A stretch of DNA of 64,000 nucleotides from Longimicrobiales bacterium. Its GTDB lineage: Bacteria; Gemmatimonadota; Gemmatimonadetes; Longimicrobiales; Gaopeijiaceae. The stretch covers positions 416,001 to 480,000 of the forward strand of contig CBDCKN010000003.1 in NCBI GenBank assembly GCA_965218295.1, given 5' to 3'. The notes below the pieces were generated by a model. That model saw only the letters and a list, made by a program, of their open reading frames with translations, searched no databases and had not been told where the DNA came from. Position numbers and translations under genes: made by a program. Below, in pieces: positions 17,786 through 28,074 of the stretch (the stretch's first letter is position 1; every line of letters starts with the position of its first letter).

Positions 17786-18775
17786 CTACGGCAGTTTACG
17801 GAGAACCGTCTGACCCAAGCCCACCTCCAGGACCAGCAGCAGAAGCCCTGCGGCCAGCGGGTAGTGGAATAGCTCCCCATATCTGGTGAAGTTGTGAACC
17901 TCGATCTCGGTCGTCTCCAGCTCGTCGATCTCGCGGTAGATCTCGGCGAGGCTCTCCGTGTCCGCGGCCCGGAAGTACCGGCCACCGGTGAGCGCGGCGA
18001 TCTCCTGGAGCGTGGGCTCGTCCACGTCCACCTGGATGTTCACATAGCGACGACCCAATGTGGGATCGTTCACGGGCACCCGCGCCGTCCCGCGGCTCCC
18101 TGCACCGATGGTGTAGACCTTCACCCCCAGGGCCTGGGCCATCTGTGCTGCCGTCACCGGGCCGATCTCCCCCGTGTTGCTGCGTCCGTCGGTGAGGAGG
18201 ACGACCACCTTGGACTCGGCATCGGAGGCCTGCAGGCGCCTCACGGCGGTGGCAAGCCCCATCCCCACGGTGGTTCCGTCCTCGATCATGCCCACCTCCA
18301 TTCGCCCCAGGAGGTCTGTGACGACGGAGTAGTCCAGCGTCAGGGGTGCTTGCGTGAAGGCCTGTCCGGCGAAGACCACGAGCCCGATGCGATCGTTCCG
18401 CCGGCCCAAAACGAAATCGGCCGCCACGGCCTTGGCCGCCTCCAACCGGTTGGGGTCCAGGTCTTCGGCCAGCATGGAGCTGGAGACGTCGATGACCAGG
18501 ACGATGTCGATGCCCTCGGCCGTGACTGTCTCGCTCGTGACCCCAGTCTGCGGGCGGGCGAAAGCGACGATGAGGGCGCCGAAGGCGATGACCCGAAGGA
18601 CGAATAGGCCATGGCGGAAGCGACCCGTCCTTCCGACATCCGATCGCCTCAGTGACTCGACGTTGGAGTACCGAATGGTCCCTGACCGCCGCTTCCGGCG
18701 TGCCACGAAGCCGTACACCATGAAGGGAAGGACGACGAGCAGGATCAGGAACCAGGGATCTTCGAATCGGTACAT
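17786..18775 (-). CDS. batA: BatA-like vWA domain protein
   Basis: FARPQ, DVSSSMLAED..PNRLEAAK, LLTDGRSNTG, KVYTIGAG. Confidence 0.88.
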   Translation of the reverse strand: MYRFEDPWFLILLVVLPFMVYGFVARRKRRSGTIRYSNVESLRRSDVGRTGRFRHGLFVLRVIAFGALIVAFARPQTGVTSETVTAEGIDIVLVIDVSSSMLAEDLDPNRLEAAKAVAADFVLGRRNDRIGLVVFAGQAFTQAPLTLDYSVVTDLLGRMEVGMIEDGTTVGMGLATAVRRLQASDAESKVVVLLTDGRSNTGEIGPVTAAQMAQALGVKVYTIGAGSRGTARVPVNDPTLGRRYVNIQVDVDEPTLQEIAALTGGRYFRAADTESLAEIYREIDELETTEIEVHNFTRYGELFHYPLAAGLLLLVLEVGLGQTVLRKLP

Positions 18776-19857
18776 CAGGCCCCCTCGGCTCCTGCGGTCT
18801 CGAGGATCGGCCCCTCAGGGTCCCGGAGATCGTCGGAATCCATGGACTCCTGCGAACCCGCCCGGGCAACGTCGTCCCCCTCGGCACCCAGCTCGCCCGA
18901 CATCGGCGCGGTGGTGAAGTCCTCTACTCGTGGCCGCGTGCGATCCACCAGCTCGCGGGCCGCCACCAGCACCCGACGGCAGTCGTCGGGGGCCGGCCGG
19001 AGCTTGGCGAACTTCACAAGGTCGCAGCGACTCAGAAAGTGTTCGAAGGCGACGAGCGTATCGTCGGCAAGTCGGGTCTCCCCGAGGCCGTCCATCACTT
19101 CCCCCGTGGTCATTTCCAGGGCGAAGACGTCGAAGCGGCCCTCCACGTAGGTTCGGATGATCTCCGACACGAGGATGTGGTACTCCTTGATCTCCCCCCG
19201 CTCCAGCAGATTCGAGGCCTCCAGCCGATCGAAGGCCTCGTACGCCTCCTCGTGAGGGAGCCGGGGTATTATGACTGACCGCCGCGGTGTGGCCTCCTCC
19301 CCTCGGCTCAGCCTCTGCCAGAGCCAGAACGCCGCGAAGCCCAGTGCCATCAGCAGAAGAAGCCAGGGCAGGACATAGATGAGGCTGATAGGAATCCCCA
19401 GTGGTCCTCGGATGGCACGGATATCACCTCCCTCGTCCAGGCCGACGCTCTGCACGGTCACCCCATACGGATCGGTCGAAAGGAGGATGGAGGATCCGTC
19501 TGAACCCTCTGCGCTGAAGTCGAAGCCGGGGACCTCCAGATCGCCGAGCTCAAAGACCGTCAGCGTAAACCGAGCGCCCGTGACAACGCGACCTTCCACG
19601 CTGGTGGGGGCCAGGAGCTCGGCACCGAGGATCTCGAAGGGATCCAGGGACAGGGAGTCGGGCCAGACCACTGTCTCTCCGGGAGCGTGCTCCACCGTCA
19701 CCGTGAGCTGGAGCCGATCACCCACGCTGACGAGCGTCGTGTCCAAAGATGTGCGTACACGCGGCGCCTGGGCTGTCGTCGCGCTCGGCGCCACGGCGGC
19801 GAGTGCCAGCGCTGCGAGCACTCCCGCCAAGGGGAGCACCGACCCGCGCGCCCTCAT
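18775..19857 (-). CDS. Conserved membrane-anchored protein of bat operons
   Basis: Signal peptide, DIRAIRGP, single TM helix, LEMTTGE, DLVKFAK. Confidence 0.75.
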   Translation of the reverse strand: MRARGSVLPLAGVLAALALAAVAPSATTAQAPRVRTSLDTTLVSVGDRLQLTVTVEHAPGETVVWPDSLSLDPFEILGAELLAPTSVEGRVVTGARFTLTVFELGDLEVPGFDFSAEGSDGSSILLSTDPYGVTVQSVGLDEGGDIRAIRGPLGIPISLIYVLPWLLLLMALGFAAFWLWQRLSRGEEATPRRSVIIPRLPHEEAYEAFDRLEASNLLERGEIKEYHILVSEIIRTYVEGRFDVFALEMTTGEVMDGLGETRLADDTLVAFEHFLSRCDLVKFAKLRPAPDDCRRVLVAARELVDRTRPRVEDFTTAPMSGELGAEGDDVARAGSQESMDSDDLRDPEGPILETAGAEGA

Positions 19858-20732
19858 CGGAACCGCCTCTCCCGCTCCTTGAAAAAGCGCATGAGGGGCT
19901 GGACGTAGGACTCGTCCGTCTGGATGTCGATGACGTCGACCCGGCTGCGCCGGAAGGTGCGCTCGAGGCCCTCCCGGGCCCTTGCGGACCGCTCCTCGAA
20001 GGCGGTGCAGAAACGCGCGTCGGAGGTGTTCACCAGAAACAGCTCGCCCGTCTCGGCATCCTCGAACTCCACGTATCCGAGTGGCGGGAGCGACTCCTCC
20101 CGCCGATCCCCCAGGCGCACGGCAATGAGATCATGCCGTCTCCCCGCCACCGACAGGGGCTTCTCGAACCCCTCGGACATGAAGTCGGATACGAGGAACG
20201 CCACCGCCCGGCGCCGCACGACGTGAGTCAGATATTCGAGTGCTCCGGCGATGTCGGTCCCCCGGCCCTCGGGCCTGTGGTAGAAGAGCTCCCTGAGCAC
20301 GCGCAGCACGTGGGCGCGTCCCTTTCGGGGAGGCACGAACTTCTCGATACGATCGCTGAAGATGATCAGGCCGACCTTGTCGTTGTTCTTGATGGCACTG
20401 AAAGCCAGGAGTGCGCAGATCTCGACGGCGACCTCGCCCTTCATCCGCTCCCGGGTTCCGAAGTCGCCCGAGGCACTCACGTCCACCACCAGCATGACGG
20501 TGAGCTCGCGCTCTTCCTCGAAGACCTTCACGAAGGGATGTCCGGTGCGGGCCGTGACGTTCCAGTCGATGCTTCGGATGTCGTCTCCGTACTGGTACTC
20601 CCGGACCTCGGCGAAATTCATCCCACGGCCCTTGAATACCGAATGGTACTCGCCCGAGAAGACCTCGTTGACGAGGCCCCGGGTGGTGATCTCGACCCGG
20701 CGGACCTTCTTGAGGATCTCTCGTGGGATCAC
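19854..20732 (-). CDS. DUF58 domain protein
   Basis: GEYHSVFKGRGMNFAEVREY..GDDIRSIDWNVTAR, EEERELT. Confidence 0.92.
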   Translation of the reverse strand: MIPREILKKVRRVEITTRGLVNEVFSGEYHSVFKGRGMNFAEVREYQYGDDIRSIDWNVTARTGHPFVKVFEEERELTVMLVVDVSASGDFGTRERMKGEVAVEICALLAFSAIKNNDKVGLIIFSDRIEKFVPPRKGRAHVLRVLRELFYHRPEGRGTDIAGALEYLTHVVRRRAVAFLVSDFMSEGFEKPLSVAGRRHDLIAVRLGDRREESLPPLGYVEFEDAETGELFLVNTSDARFCTAFEERSARAREGLERTFRRSRVDVIDIQTDESYVQPLMRFFKERERRFR

Positions 20733-21772
20733 GGCACTTCGATATTGTCCAGGACGCGCGTGACCACGTCCTCGGCCGTGACCTCTTCGGCCTCAGCCTC
20801 GTAGGTGAGGAGCACCCGGTGACGCATCACGTCCAACCCTACCGCCCGTACGTCCTCGGGGGTCACGTAGCCCCGGCGCCGTAGGAAGGCGTGGGCACGG
20901 GCGGCCTTGGCCAGATTGATGGTCGCCCGAGGCGACGCGCCGAAATCGATGAGCTCCACGAGATCGTCCAGGCCATGGCTCGCCGGCTCGCGGGTGGCGA
21001 AGACCAGATCGACGATGTACCGCTCGACCTGGCTGTCCATGTAGATCATCTGGACGGCGCTCCTCGCCCGGAGGATCTCTTCGGGCGTGATGACGGGAGA
21101 CACCTCGGGCATAGGCCCTCCGGCCACCCGGCGCAGAATCTCCACCTCTTCGTCCTTGTCCGGGTAGTCGACCGAGAGCTTGAGCATGAAGCGGTCGACC
21201 TGGGCCTCGGGCAGCGGATAGGTCCCCTCCTGCTCGATGGGGTTCTGGGTGGCAAGGACGAGGAACGGGTCGTCCAGCGGGAAGGTGTTCTGTCCGATGG
21301 TGACCTGTTGCTCCTGCATCGCCTCCAGGAGGGCCGACTGCACCTTGGCCGGCGACCGGTTGATCTCGTCGGCCAGGATGATGTTCGCGAAGATGGGTCC
21401 CTTCTTCGTCTGGAATTCCGAGGACCTGGGATCGTAGATAAGCGTCCCGATGAGGTCCGCCGGCAGCAGGTCGGGCGTGAACTGGATGCGTTGGAAGGAC
21501 GTCTCGATCACCTTGGCCAGAGTGCTGACCGTAAGGGTCTTGGCGAGTCCGGGAACACCCTCCATGAGCACATGCCCGTCGGCCAGCAAGCCGATGAGCA
21601 GGCGCTCGATCATGTAGCGCTGGCCTACGATCACCCGGGCCACTTCGTCCTGCAGTCGGCTGACGAACGCACTCTCCTCCTGGATCTTCGCCTGGATCAC
21701 TTCGATGTCCGCGTGCATGGCAGGGGCCTGCGGCGTTTCGGTAACGGTCTCCATTGCGTCTCGATCTTCCAT
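20729..21772 (-). CDS. moxR: MoxR-family AAA+ ATPase
   Basis: EGVPGLAKT, RIQFTPDLLPAD, ADEINR, ATQNPIEQEGTYPLPEAQVDRF, GASPRA. Confidence 0.95.
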   Translation of the reverse strand: MEDRDAMETVTETPQAPAMHADIEVIQAKIQEESAFVSRLQDEVARVIVGQRYMIERLLIGLLADGHVLMEGVPGLAKTLTVSTLAKVIETSFQRIQFTPDLLPADLIGTLIYDPRSSEFQTKKGPIFANIILADEINRSPAKVQSALLEAMQEQQVTIGQNTFPLDDPFLVLATQNPIEQEGTYPLPEAQVDRFMLKLSVDYPDKDEEVEILRRVAGGPMPEVSPVITPEEILRARSAVQMIYMDSQVERYIVDLVFATREPASHGLDDLVELIDFGASPRATINLAKAARAHAFLRRRGYVTPEDVRAVGLDVMRHRVLLTYEAEAEEVTAEDVVTRVLDNIEVP

Positions 21773-21960
21773 CGGGTTCTTCCGCTGTTTGAAATCGATG
21801 CTTGAACAGCCGTGAATATACTCAACGAGGCGTTAAGTGGGATTCCCCGGGGGAGGTAGCGAGGCTCCCGGGAGGGCCCACGACGCGTATGAGTTCTACA
21901 GATGTAAGATCAGGGAAGTTGCCTGGAGGGTTTACTCGGATCTCGGAGCTCGATTAGCCG

Positions 21961-22126
21961 GCCGAGACCCGGGCGGGTCGCGCCTTCGATGTGCTCCTGC
22001 GCGAGTGTGGCCGTGATCATGCTGGAGAGCGTGGCATCGATCCGTGCCGAGCACAGCCGGCTACTGCGGGGAGCGGAGTGGTTCTTTACCGCGCTCTTCA
22101 CGGTGGAATACGTGACCCGCCTCCGC
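21961..22126 (+). pseudogene. Remnant of an ion transporter (K+ channel-like) N-terminus
   Basis: Translates across a frameshift as AETRAGRAFDVLL / ASVAVIMLESVASIRAEH..EWFFTALFTVEYVTRL; no start codon and no remainder. Confidence 0.7.
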
Positions 22127-22365
22127 CGTAGGATCGGCTACACCGTGCCGACTTGAGCACTTCTTTCCGGACCGGGTCGTGCCGAAGGGGCCGAAATCGC
22201 CTGATCCACACCGGAATCTAGGCTATTCGGGCCCCCAGACCCCACCGTTCGTGGCACAAGCTTTGCGATGATAGTCCTAAGCTCTCCGAGGGGTGTGCAA
22301 CAAAACGGGCTTCGAACGTCCCCCTCCGAGACAGTAGCAAGACGATTCATGACCAGGAGGCGACA

Positions 22366-22959
22366 GTGCGGAAGATCTATCTACTCGGACTGCTCTATGT
22401 TGGCTTGAGCTTGGCGTACCTCATGAGGACCCGGGAGCCTGTGGCCATCCCCGACTATCCTCCCGTCACCGCCACCATCCAGGTCGATCCCGTCGTCGAT
22501 CCCAATGACGCAGTGGCTTGGTTCCACTCCGTGAAGGCCTACTGCAACCCGGTGGAGGTGGAGACCCGGCTCACCTGGAGCCCCGCACCTCGATCCGCCG
22601 ACGGCACCGCGTACGAGGCCGCGTGCCTCGCGCTGGCCGGACGCGTCGACACGGCACGGGAGCTGATTCTCGAGTTGCCCGAGGAGCTACGGTGGCACGC
22701 GGCCGGAGTGGTCTTCAACGTCGGACATCCCGTCGCCGATGCCGGGGACGACCTGGCCGCCGGCCCCATCATGGAACTGGTGGTGGAGTTCTGGCCCAAC
22801 CACTACATGGCTCTCTATCACGCCGGGGCCGCCCGCTACGAACTGGGCGATCACGGATCCGCCCATGAGTACCTGGTGCGCTTCCTCGAGCACTATGATC
22901 TGGACGACGGCTGGCGTCGGAGCGCCCTGAGCATGATCACGGAGATCGAGTCTCTATGA
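22366..22959 (+). CDS. Membrane-anchored TPR-like hypothetical protein
   Basis: AGGAGG RBS, N-terminal hydrophobic segment, WPNHYMALYHAGAARYELG. Confidence 0.7.
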   Translation: MRKIYLLGLLYVGLSLAYLMRTREPVAIPDYPPVTATIQVDPVVDPNDAVAWFHSVKAYCNPVEVETRLTWSPAPRSADGTAYEAACLALAGRVDTARELILELPEELRWHAAGVVFNVGHPVADAGDDLAAGPIMELVVEFWPNHYMALYHAGAARYELGDHGSAHEYLVRFLEHYDLDDGWRRSALSMITEIESL

Positions 22960-23949
22960 AGAAGTTGACGTTTCCGGCAGGCGAGATCGGATCCTGCGTG
23001 CTCTGCAACGGCCCCCGACCCCCTCGACCTTGCGGTCTGCCTGGATTGCGCGAGTCGCACGGGTGACGGTCTCGTGTTCGTGCGCCAGTCCATCCGGAAG
23101 GCCGAGCGCGCGAAGGTGGTCGAGCGTCTGCACGGAATCCTGCCTCCGGGGGTCGAGTGGGAGGCGTTCGATCTGGCAGCCAAGGGCTATTTGCCGCTGG
23201 CTTCGGTGCCTCTCACCGCCGCCGAGCAGGTTCTCGGGGCCTTCGCTCACGAGAACGTGCCCGCCCACGTGATTCCGAAGCACTGGGGAGTGGCTCCAAT
23301 TCCGCCCGCCCTGGGCCTTCTGCTCGTGTCCATGCTGATAGCCGGCTCCCTGGTAGGTCTCCTTTCGGGTCACCTGTTCTTCCTGGGGAGCCCCCTCTAC
23401 GCAGGCCTTCTCTGGATCCTGGCCCAACTCCATCTCCGGAGACCAGCCGCATGCGAGGGTAGGAGCGATCCTTGGCTCCCCCGCGACGTCGAGGAGCGGT
23501 TAGTGACGGCCCTCGTGAGCCTGCCGGTGGGGACCCCGCGCACTCTCCTCTCGGATGCCGTCCGCCTCGGACGTCTCCTGTGGGAGAGAGCGGCCGTGAC
23601 CGGAGACGTCGATATCGTAAAGGACACATCCCAGCTCCTGGCCCTCGCCGCCGACACCGCGACGGATCTGGGGCGGGTCGAAGAGGCCGGCTGGGTGGTG
23701 GCGAGCCAGAGGGCCGAAGGCGGGGCGGCCCACGTCACCCGCACCGAGGCCCTGGACGCCATCGAAGTGTCTCGTCAGCGACTCCACAACCTCCTCCTCG
23801 ACGCCGTTCGGGCCATGGGCGGCGCCAATCAACGGCTGCCCGAAGCCGGGGGCCAGGGTGCCGAGCTGGCTCGCCTGGCCGAGGCAATCGAAACCAGTCG
23901 AGTGGCCCAGGCCGGAGCCGTCGCCGAGGTGAAGCGGCTGCTGGCGTAG
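22956..23949 (+). pseudogene. Membrane protein with N-terminal CxxC..CxxC motif, frameshifted in a C run near 23012
   Basis: ATG overlaps the upstream stop (ATGA); removing one C gives GSCVLCNGPDPLDLAVCLDCASR, continuous with ORF 23074-23949. Confidence 0.6.
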
Positions 23950-23958
23950 CCCCCTTAC

Positions 23959-24100
23959 ATCGGCATCCTGCACACGGACGTGGAGCAGCTCGGCATCAAC
24001 GCCCTCGCCGTGGCAACACAGAAGGGACTGCTATCGTGCTACGGGATGGGCTTTCTCTACTGCCGAAGGAAGTTCGCCGAGGAGCTGGAGCCCGTACGTT
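23959..24100 (+). pseudogene. Internal fragment of a class V PLP aminotransferase
   Basis: IGILHTDVEQLGINALAVATQKGLLSCYGMGFLYCR (PLP-lysine region) with no rest of the gene. Confidence 0.65.
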
Positions 24101-24169
24101 CGCGAGCTGGGTATACGTATGGCCGAGGGATTTCTGGAGGGGGGGCTGCCCGTCTGCGGAGGGTCACCC

Positions 24170-24234
24170 GGGCCCCATCTCGGCAACATCGTAGCCCTGG
24201 GCCCCATCTCGGCAACATCGTAGCCCTGGGCCCC
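24170..24234. repeat. Perfect 29-bp tandem duplication (2.2 copies)
   Basis: GGGCCCCATCTCGGCAACATCGTAGCCCT x2 plus GGGCCCC. Confidence 0.9.
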
Positions 24235-24271
24235 TAGCCGCCGAGGGCCCCGCGAGTCGGCCGGCCTGCCC

Positions 24272-24868
24272 TCACACCTCCAGCACATGACCGTCCGGGC
24301 CTGCATTGAGGATGGGCGTGGATCCGACGGTGGAACGCCGCCCCCAGCACCCGTGGATGTGACCGCAGACGACCAGCCGGGGCGACACACGCTCGATCGT
24401 CTCCAGGACCGCCTGGCTCCCCAGATGCGCTCCTCCGGCCTGGTCCACGTGTCCGTATGGTGGTGAGTGGCTGACGAGAACGACATCCGCGGGGCAAGGC
24501 GCCAGCAGGCTCTCCGCCTCTTGCTCGCTCAGATCGAAGCTCCAGGATCCGAAAGGCGTGATGGGGATGCCGGCGCCGATTCCGAAGAACTCGACGCGGT
24601 CGATGGTGACGAGGTCCCCGTGGAGCACATGTGCTGTCTCCCATCCCCGGCACGCCGCACGGAGCTCGTCGTCGGACTCGCCGTTTCCGGGGACCAGCAC
24701 GGTGGGTCTGTCGATCTCCCTCAAGATGTCCATCACGTCCTCGATGCCCTCTCGCATTACGGCGAAGTCCCCCGCTCCGACCACCACATCCACGTCTTCG
24801 GCGCGGTCCACGATGGAGCGGGCCGCGGCCTTGTCGCGGTGGAGATCACTGAAGACCAGAAGTCGCAT
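24272..24868 (-). CDS. Calcineurin-like metallophosphoesterase
   Basis: FSDLH, GAGDF, VPGNGE, SHSPP, CGHIH. Confidence 0.9.
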   Translation of the reverse strand: MRLLVFSDLHRDKAAARSIVDRAEDVDVVVGAGDFAVMREGIEDVMDILREIDRPTVLVPGNGESDDELRAACRGWETAHVLHGDLVTIDRVEFFGIGAGIPITPFGSWSFDLSEQEAESLLAPCPADVVLVSHSPPYGHVDQAGGAHLGSQAVLETIERVSPRLVVCGHIHGCWGRRSTVGSTPILNAGPDGHVLEV

Positions 24869-24894
24869 ATCTCTTGCCTGTCCGGATTGCTTAC

Positions 24895-26796
24895 TCACCC
24901 ACGGGGCACGTAGTGACGAAACCAGTGCGCGAACGCCAGTAGAGGCCATGCCAGTTCCGTGCCTCTCCGGCTTTCCAACACGTGGCTCGTGAGCCTCGCC
25001 GGGTCGAACCACGCCTCGATGCCGGCCGGGAGCAAGGCCTCCTTCAAGGCCGCGGCCGGCTGGGCCTGAACCCAACGGTGCTGTGGCACGGTGAAGCCCC
25101 GCTTCCGCCGATCTCCAAAGCTCTCACCCATACGACGAGCCAGGAGTTTTCGCAGCAGATACTTGGGGCGCCCATCCCTCATTCGCAGGTGCGCCGGCAT
25201 CCTCGCCGACAGCTCGACCGCCTCGAGGTCGAGTAGCGGCACACGGGCCTCCAGCGACACAGCCATCGACGTCCGGTCCAGCTTGGTCATGAGCTGCTCT
25301 GGCAGGTAGGTCAGCAGGTCCAGGCGCTGCACACGATCGAGCATGTCCGCGCGGCCGCCGAGCTCGGCCAGTGCCTGGCGCCGCCAGGGCCGAGCCCCCT
25401 CTCGCAGACCGGGCTCGACATCCCGGAGCCGTTCCCGGAAGCCGTCCGCGTAGATGGCTCGTCGATGGACCGGTGGAAGCTCACGGGTCATGGCGTCGTA
25501 ACGGTCCGCCGCGTCCCTTACAGCCTGTTCCAGGCCACCCCGCCGACGGTACGAAGGCGTAATGGCGGCCAGGGGACCGAGAAGGCCCCGACGGAGGGCC
25601 AGGGGCACTCGGTCGATCCAAGCGAGCTGCCGCATGCGGAAGTAGCGAGGATAGCCCGCGTGTGTCTCGTCCCCCCCGTCGCCAGACAGGACCACGGTGA
25701 CGTGCTGCCGTGCAAGGTCGCTGAGGATAGCCGTGGGAACGGCGGCGGGGTCGGCGAAGGGCTCATCGAACGTTCCCGCCAGGCGCTCGAGGTCGGCGAG
25801 CCGGTCTCCCCCGACGACGATGCGGTGGTGTCGGGTGTCGTATTTCCGGGCGACTGCCTCGGCGAAGGGTGCCTCGTCGTGGGGGTCGTCCTCGAAGCTC
25901 ACCGAAAAGGTCTCGACTGGGCCCGAGGCGTGCTCCGCCAGATATCCCACGACCAGGCTCGAGTCCACACCTCCGGAGAGGAAGGCACCCAAGGGGACGT
26001 CGCTCACGGTTTGGCGGGCCACAGCCGCCCGGAGGGTGGCGTCGAGCTGGTCCAAGAGGTCCTCTTCGGACCCGCTCAACGGCTCGGAGCGCCCGAAGGG
26101 AAGGTCGTAATAGGGTTCCTGGTCGGGCATGCCCTGCCACGATCCACCCGACTCCAGGGTCATGGAGCATCCGGCCCCGAGCTTTCCCATCCCCTTCCAG
26201 ATAGCGAGCGGGGCGGGCACGTATCCCTCGTGGAAGTAGAGATCCAGGACGGCCGGGTCGATTTCCCTGGGCACCCGGGCGTCCGCGACAATGGCTTTGG
26301 CCTCACTGGCCACGTAGAAACGCCCGTCCCACCAGCCGTAGTAGAGAGGCTTCACCCCTAGGGGGTCCCGGGCCATGAAGAGGGTCCCGGCGTCCTCATC
26401 CCAGACGGCGAATGCGAAGATGCCGTTCAGGCGCGAGACGCAGCCCGGTCCCCACCGCTCGTAGGCGGCCAGGAGCACCTCGGTATCACTTCGCGTATGG
26501 AACCGTCGTCCCTTCCCTTCCAGCTCGGCCCGGAGTTCACGGAAGTTGTAGATCTCGCCGTTGTAGACGAGGCGGTAGCGCCCGTCGCCCCCCACCATGG
26601 GCTGCTGCCCTCCCTCCAGGTCGATGACCTCGAGGCGCCGGTGCGTGAGGGCGATGGAGCGGTCCGCCGAGGTCCAGAGGCCCAGAGCATCGGGGCCCCG
26701 GTGGGTCAGCGTGTCCATGAGGCCCACGAGCTCGTCGTCGCCGTAAGGCAGCGGCCGACCGGCGCTGGTGGACACGATGACGAGGAACCCGCACAT
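24895..26796 (-). CDS. asnB: Asparagine synthase (glutamine-hydrolysing) family amidotransferase
   Basis: N-terminal MCG, HRGPD, NGEIYNF, RDPLGVKPLYY, LSGGVDSS, LSGDGGDE, SLEARVP. Confidence 0.9.
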   Translation of the reverse strand: MCGFLVIVSTSAGRPLPYGDDELVGLMDTLTHRGPDALGLWTSADRSIALTHRRLEVIDLEGGQQPMVGGDGRYRLVYNGEIYNFRELRAELEGKGRRFHTRSDTEVLLAAYERWGPGCVSRLNGIFAFAVWDEDAGTLFMARDPLGVKPLYYGWWDGRFYVASEAKAIVADARVPREIDPAVLDLYFHEGYVPAPLAIWKGMGKLGAGCSMTLESGGSWQGMPDQEPYYDLPFGRSEPLSGSEEDLLDQLDATLRAAVARQTVSDVPLGAFLSGGVDSSLVVGYLAEHASGPVETFSVSFEDDPHDEAPFAEAVARKYDTRHHRIVVGGDRLADLERLAGTFDEPFADPAAVPTAILSDLARQHVTVVLSGDGGDETHAGYPRYFRMRQLAWIDRVPLALRRGLLGPLAAITPSYRRRGGLEQAVRDAADRYDAMTRELPPVHRRAIYADGFRERLRDVEPGLREGARPWRRQALAELGGRADMLDRVQRLDLLTYLPEQLMTKLDRTSMAVSLEARVPLLDLEAVELSARMPAHLRMRDGRPKYLLRKLLARRMGESFGDRRKRGFTVPQHRWVQAQPAAALKEALLPAGIEAWFDPARLTSHVLESRRGTELAWPLLAFAHWFRHYVPRG

Positions 26797-26903
26797 GGAC
26801 TCTGGAGCTTGAGACGTCTGGAGGAGTTGCCTCAAAACTATCGGACCTGGAGACGCGGTCCAATTGGAGGCGACCCGTCACCCCCCGGCTCGCCCCTCTT
26901 CGG

Positions 26904-26946
26904 AGGATCAGCGTCCCTTCAGGATCAGCGTCCCTTGAGGATCAGC
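26904..26946. repeat. 17-bp tandem repeat (2.5 copies)
   Basis: AGGATCAGCGTCCCTTC / AGGATCAGCGTCCCTTG / AGGATCAGC. Confidence 0.8.
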
Positions 26947-27159
26947 TCCGCCTTGCTGCCCAAACGTTTGACAAGGACCCAGCTCAGCTCCACGCTGGAC
27001 CTCGACGTCAAGAACAACCTGGGGCTGAGGTCGATCGACACGGACAACGAGGGGGACTCCAACAGGAATCGGTCGTTCCAGATGACGGCCGACCTCTCCT
27101 TCGCGGTGAGTGGATGATGGGAAGCGGGGTGGCGGAACGGCCGCCACCCCGCGGTGCCC

Positions 27160-28074
27160 CTAACGGATGTTCGCGGCACCCGTGGGCAGTGAGCCGAGGT
27201 TGCTCCCCAGGGAATACGTCGTGTGGTCCACGGTGCTCGCCGGTATCATGCCCACCAGGGGCTTGAGGGTGAACGGCGTGCTGGCGTCGTCCGGATCCGG
27301 CTCGATGGAGATGACTGCAGTGCTCCCCGCGAGATCCGTGGGGAAGGCAAGACCTGCCGGGGCGTTGACGAGGTAGTCCTCACCGGGGAACGGGGGACCA
27401 TCTATCGTCCCGCTGAACGGGGCGCCGTCGTCGACCATGTCCACCGCGGTGAAGGTACCGGACGTCACCGGAGTACCACCCATCACCGCCCATCCCTCGT
27501 ACTTCCACCCCGCTGGTAGCGTGGGAAGCGTCAGGCCCGCTGCCGGCGCTCCAGAAGCCAGACTCAGAAACCAGATCCCGCTGTTCTCGTCGTTGTCCGC
27601 CCCGTTGGTCGGGGTCGCAAGAATGTAGTCGCCGGCCGCGCCGGCGAAGTCGCTCCCGAGGGCCGCGGCATGTCCCACGGAGAGGGTCGCGAACTGGTTC
27701 GACACGCTTCCTGTAGCGATGTGGGTATCCGCCGGGAGGGCATCCGTGTCACCGGCGGGCTCTATAGTTAGGACGATGGCGGTGGCGGTGGACAGGTCCT
27801 TCCCCGTCGCAAAGGTGCTGCCCGCGATGCTCGCGCCCGCAGTGGTCACGAGCCCACCGCCCGCATCGATGTTGAACTTCCCGGTAGAGACCGGCGCTCC
27901 CCCGATGATCGCCCAGCCCTCGTAGTGGAAGCCGTTCATCAACGGCTCGAATCCCGTCAACGTCAGCTGGAGGTTCTCGATCAGCGGCACCATGGGATCG
28001 TCGTCGTCGTCACTGCAGGCGGCGCCCACGAATACGGTAAGCGCCAGGGTGGCCACCAAGGTGGATCTCTTCAT
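27160..28074 (-). CDS. Lipoprotein with two homologous RskA/anti-sigma-like extracellular repeats
   Basis: Lipobox GAAC; duplicated YEGWA..GG.PV..G.F and (T/S)IEP..D motifs. Confidence 0.75.
   Translation of the reverse strand: MKRSTLVATLALTVFVGAACSDDDDDPMVPLIENLQLTLTGFEPLMNGFHYEGWAIIGGAPVSTGKFNIDAGGGLVTTAGASIAGSTFATGKDLSTATAIVLTIEPAGDTDALPADTHIATGSVSNQFATLSVGHAAALGSDFAGAAGDYILATPTNGADNDENSGIWFLSLASGAPAAGLTLPTLPAGWKYEGWAVMGGTPVTSGTFTAVDMVDDGAPFSGTIDGPPFPGEDYLVNAPAGLAFPTDLAGSTAVISIEPDPDDASTPFTLKPLVGMIPASTVDHTTYSLGSNLGSLPTGAANIR

Noticed and set aside
24170..24234. 29-bp direct repeat as a CRISPR array
   Set aside because: The copies abut with no spacer and there are no cas genes.
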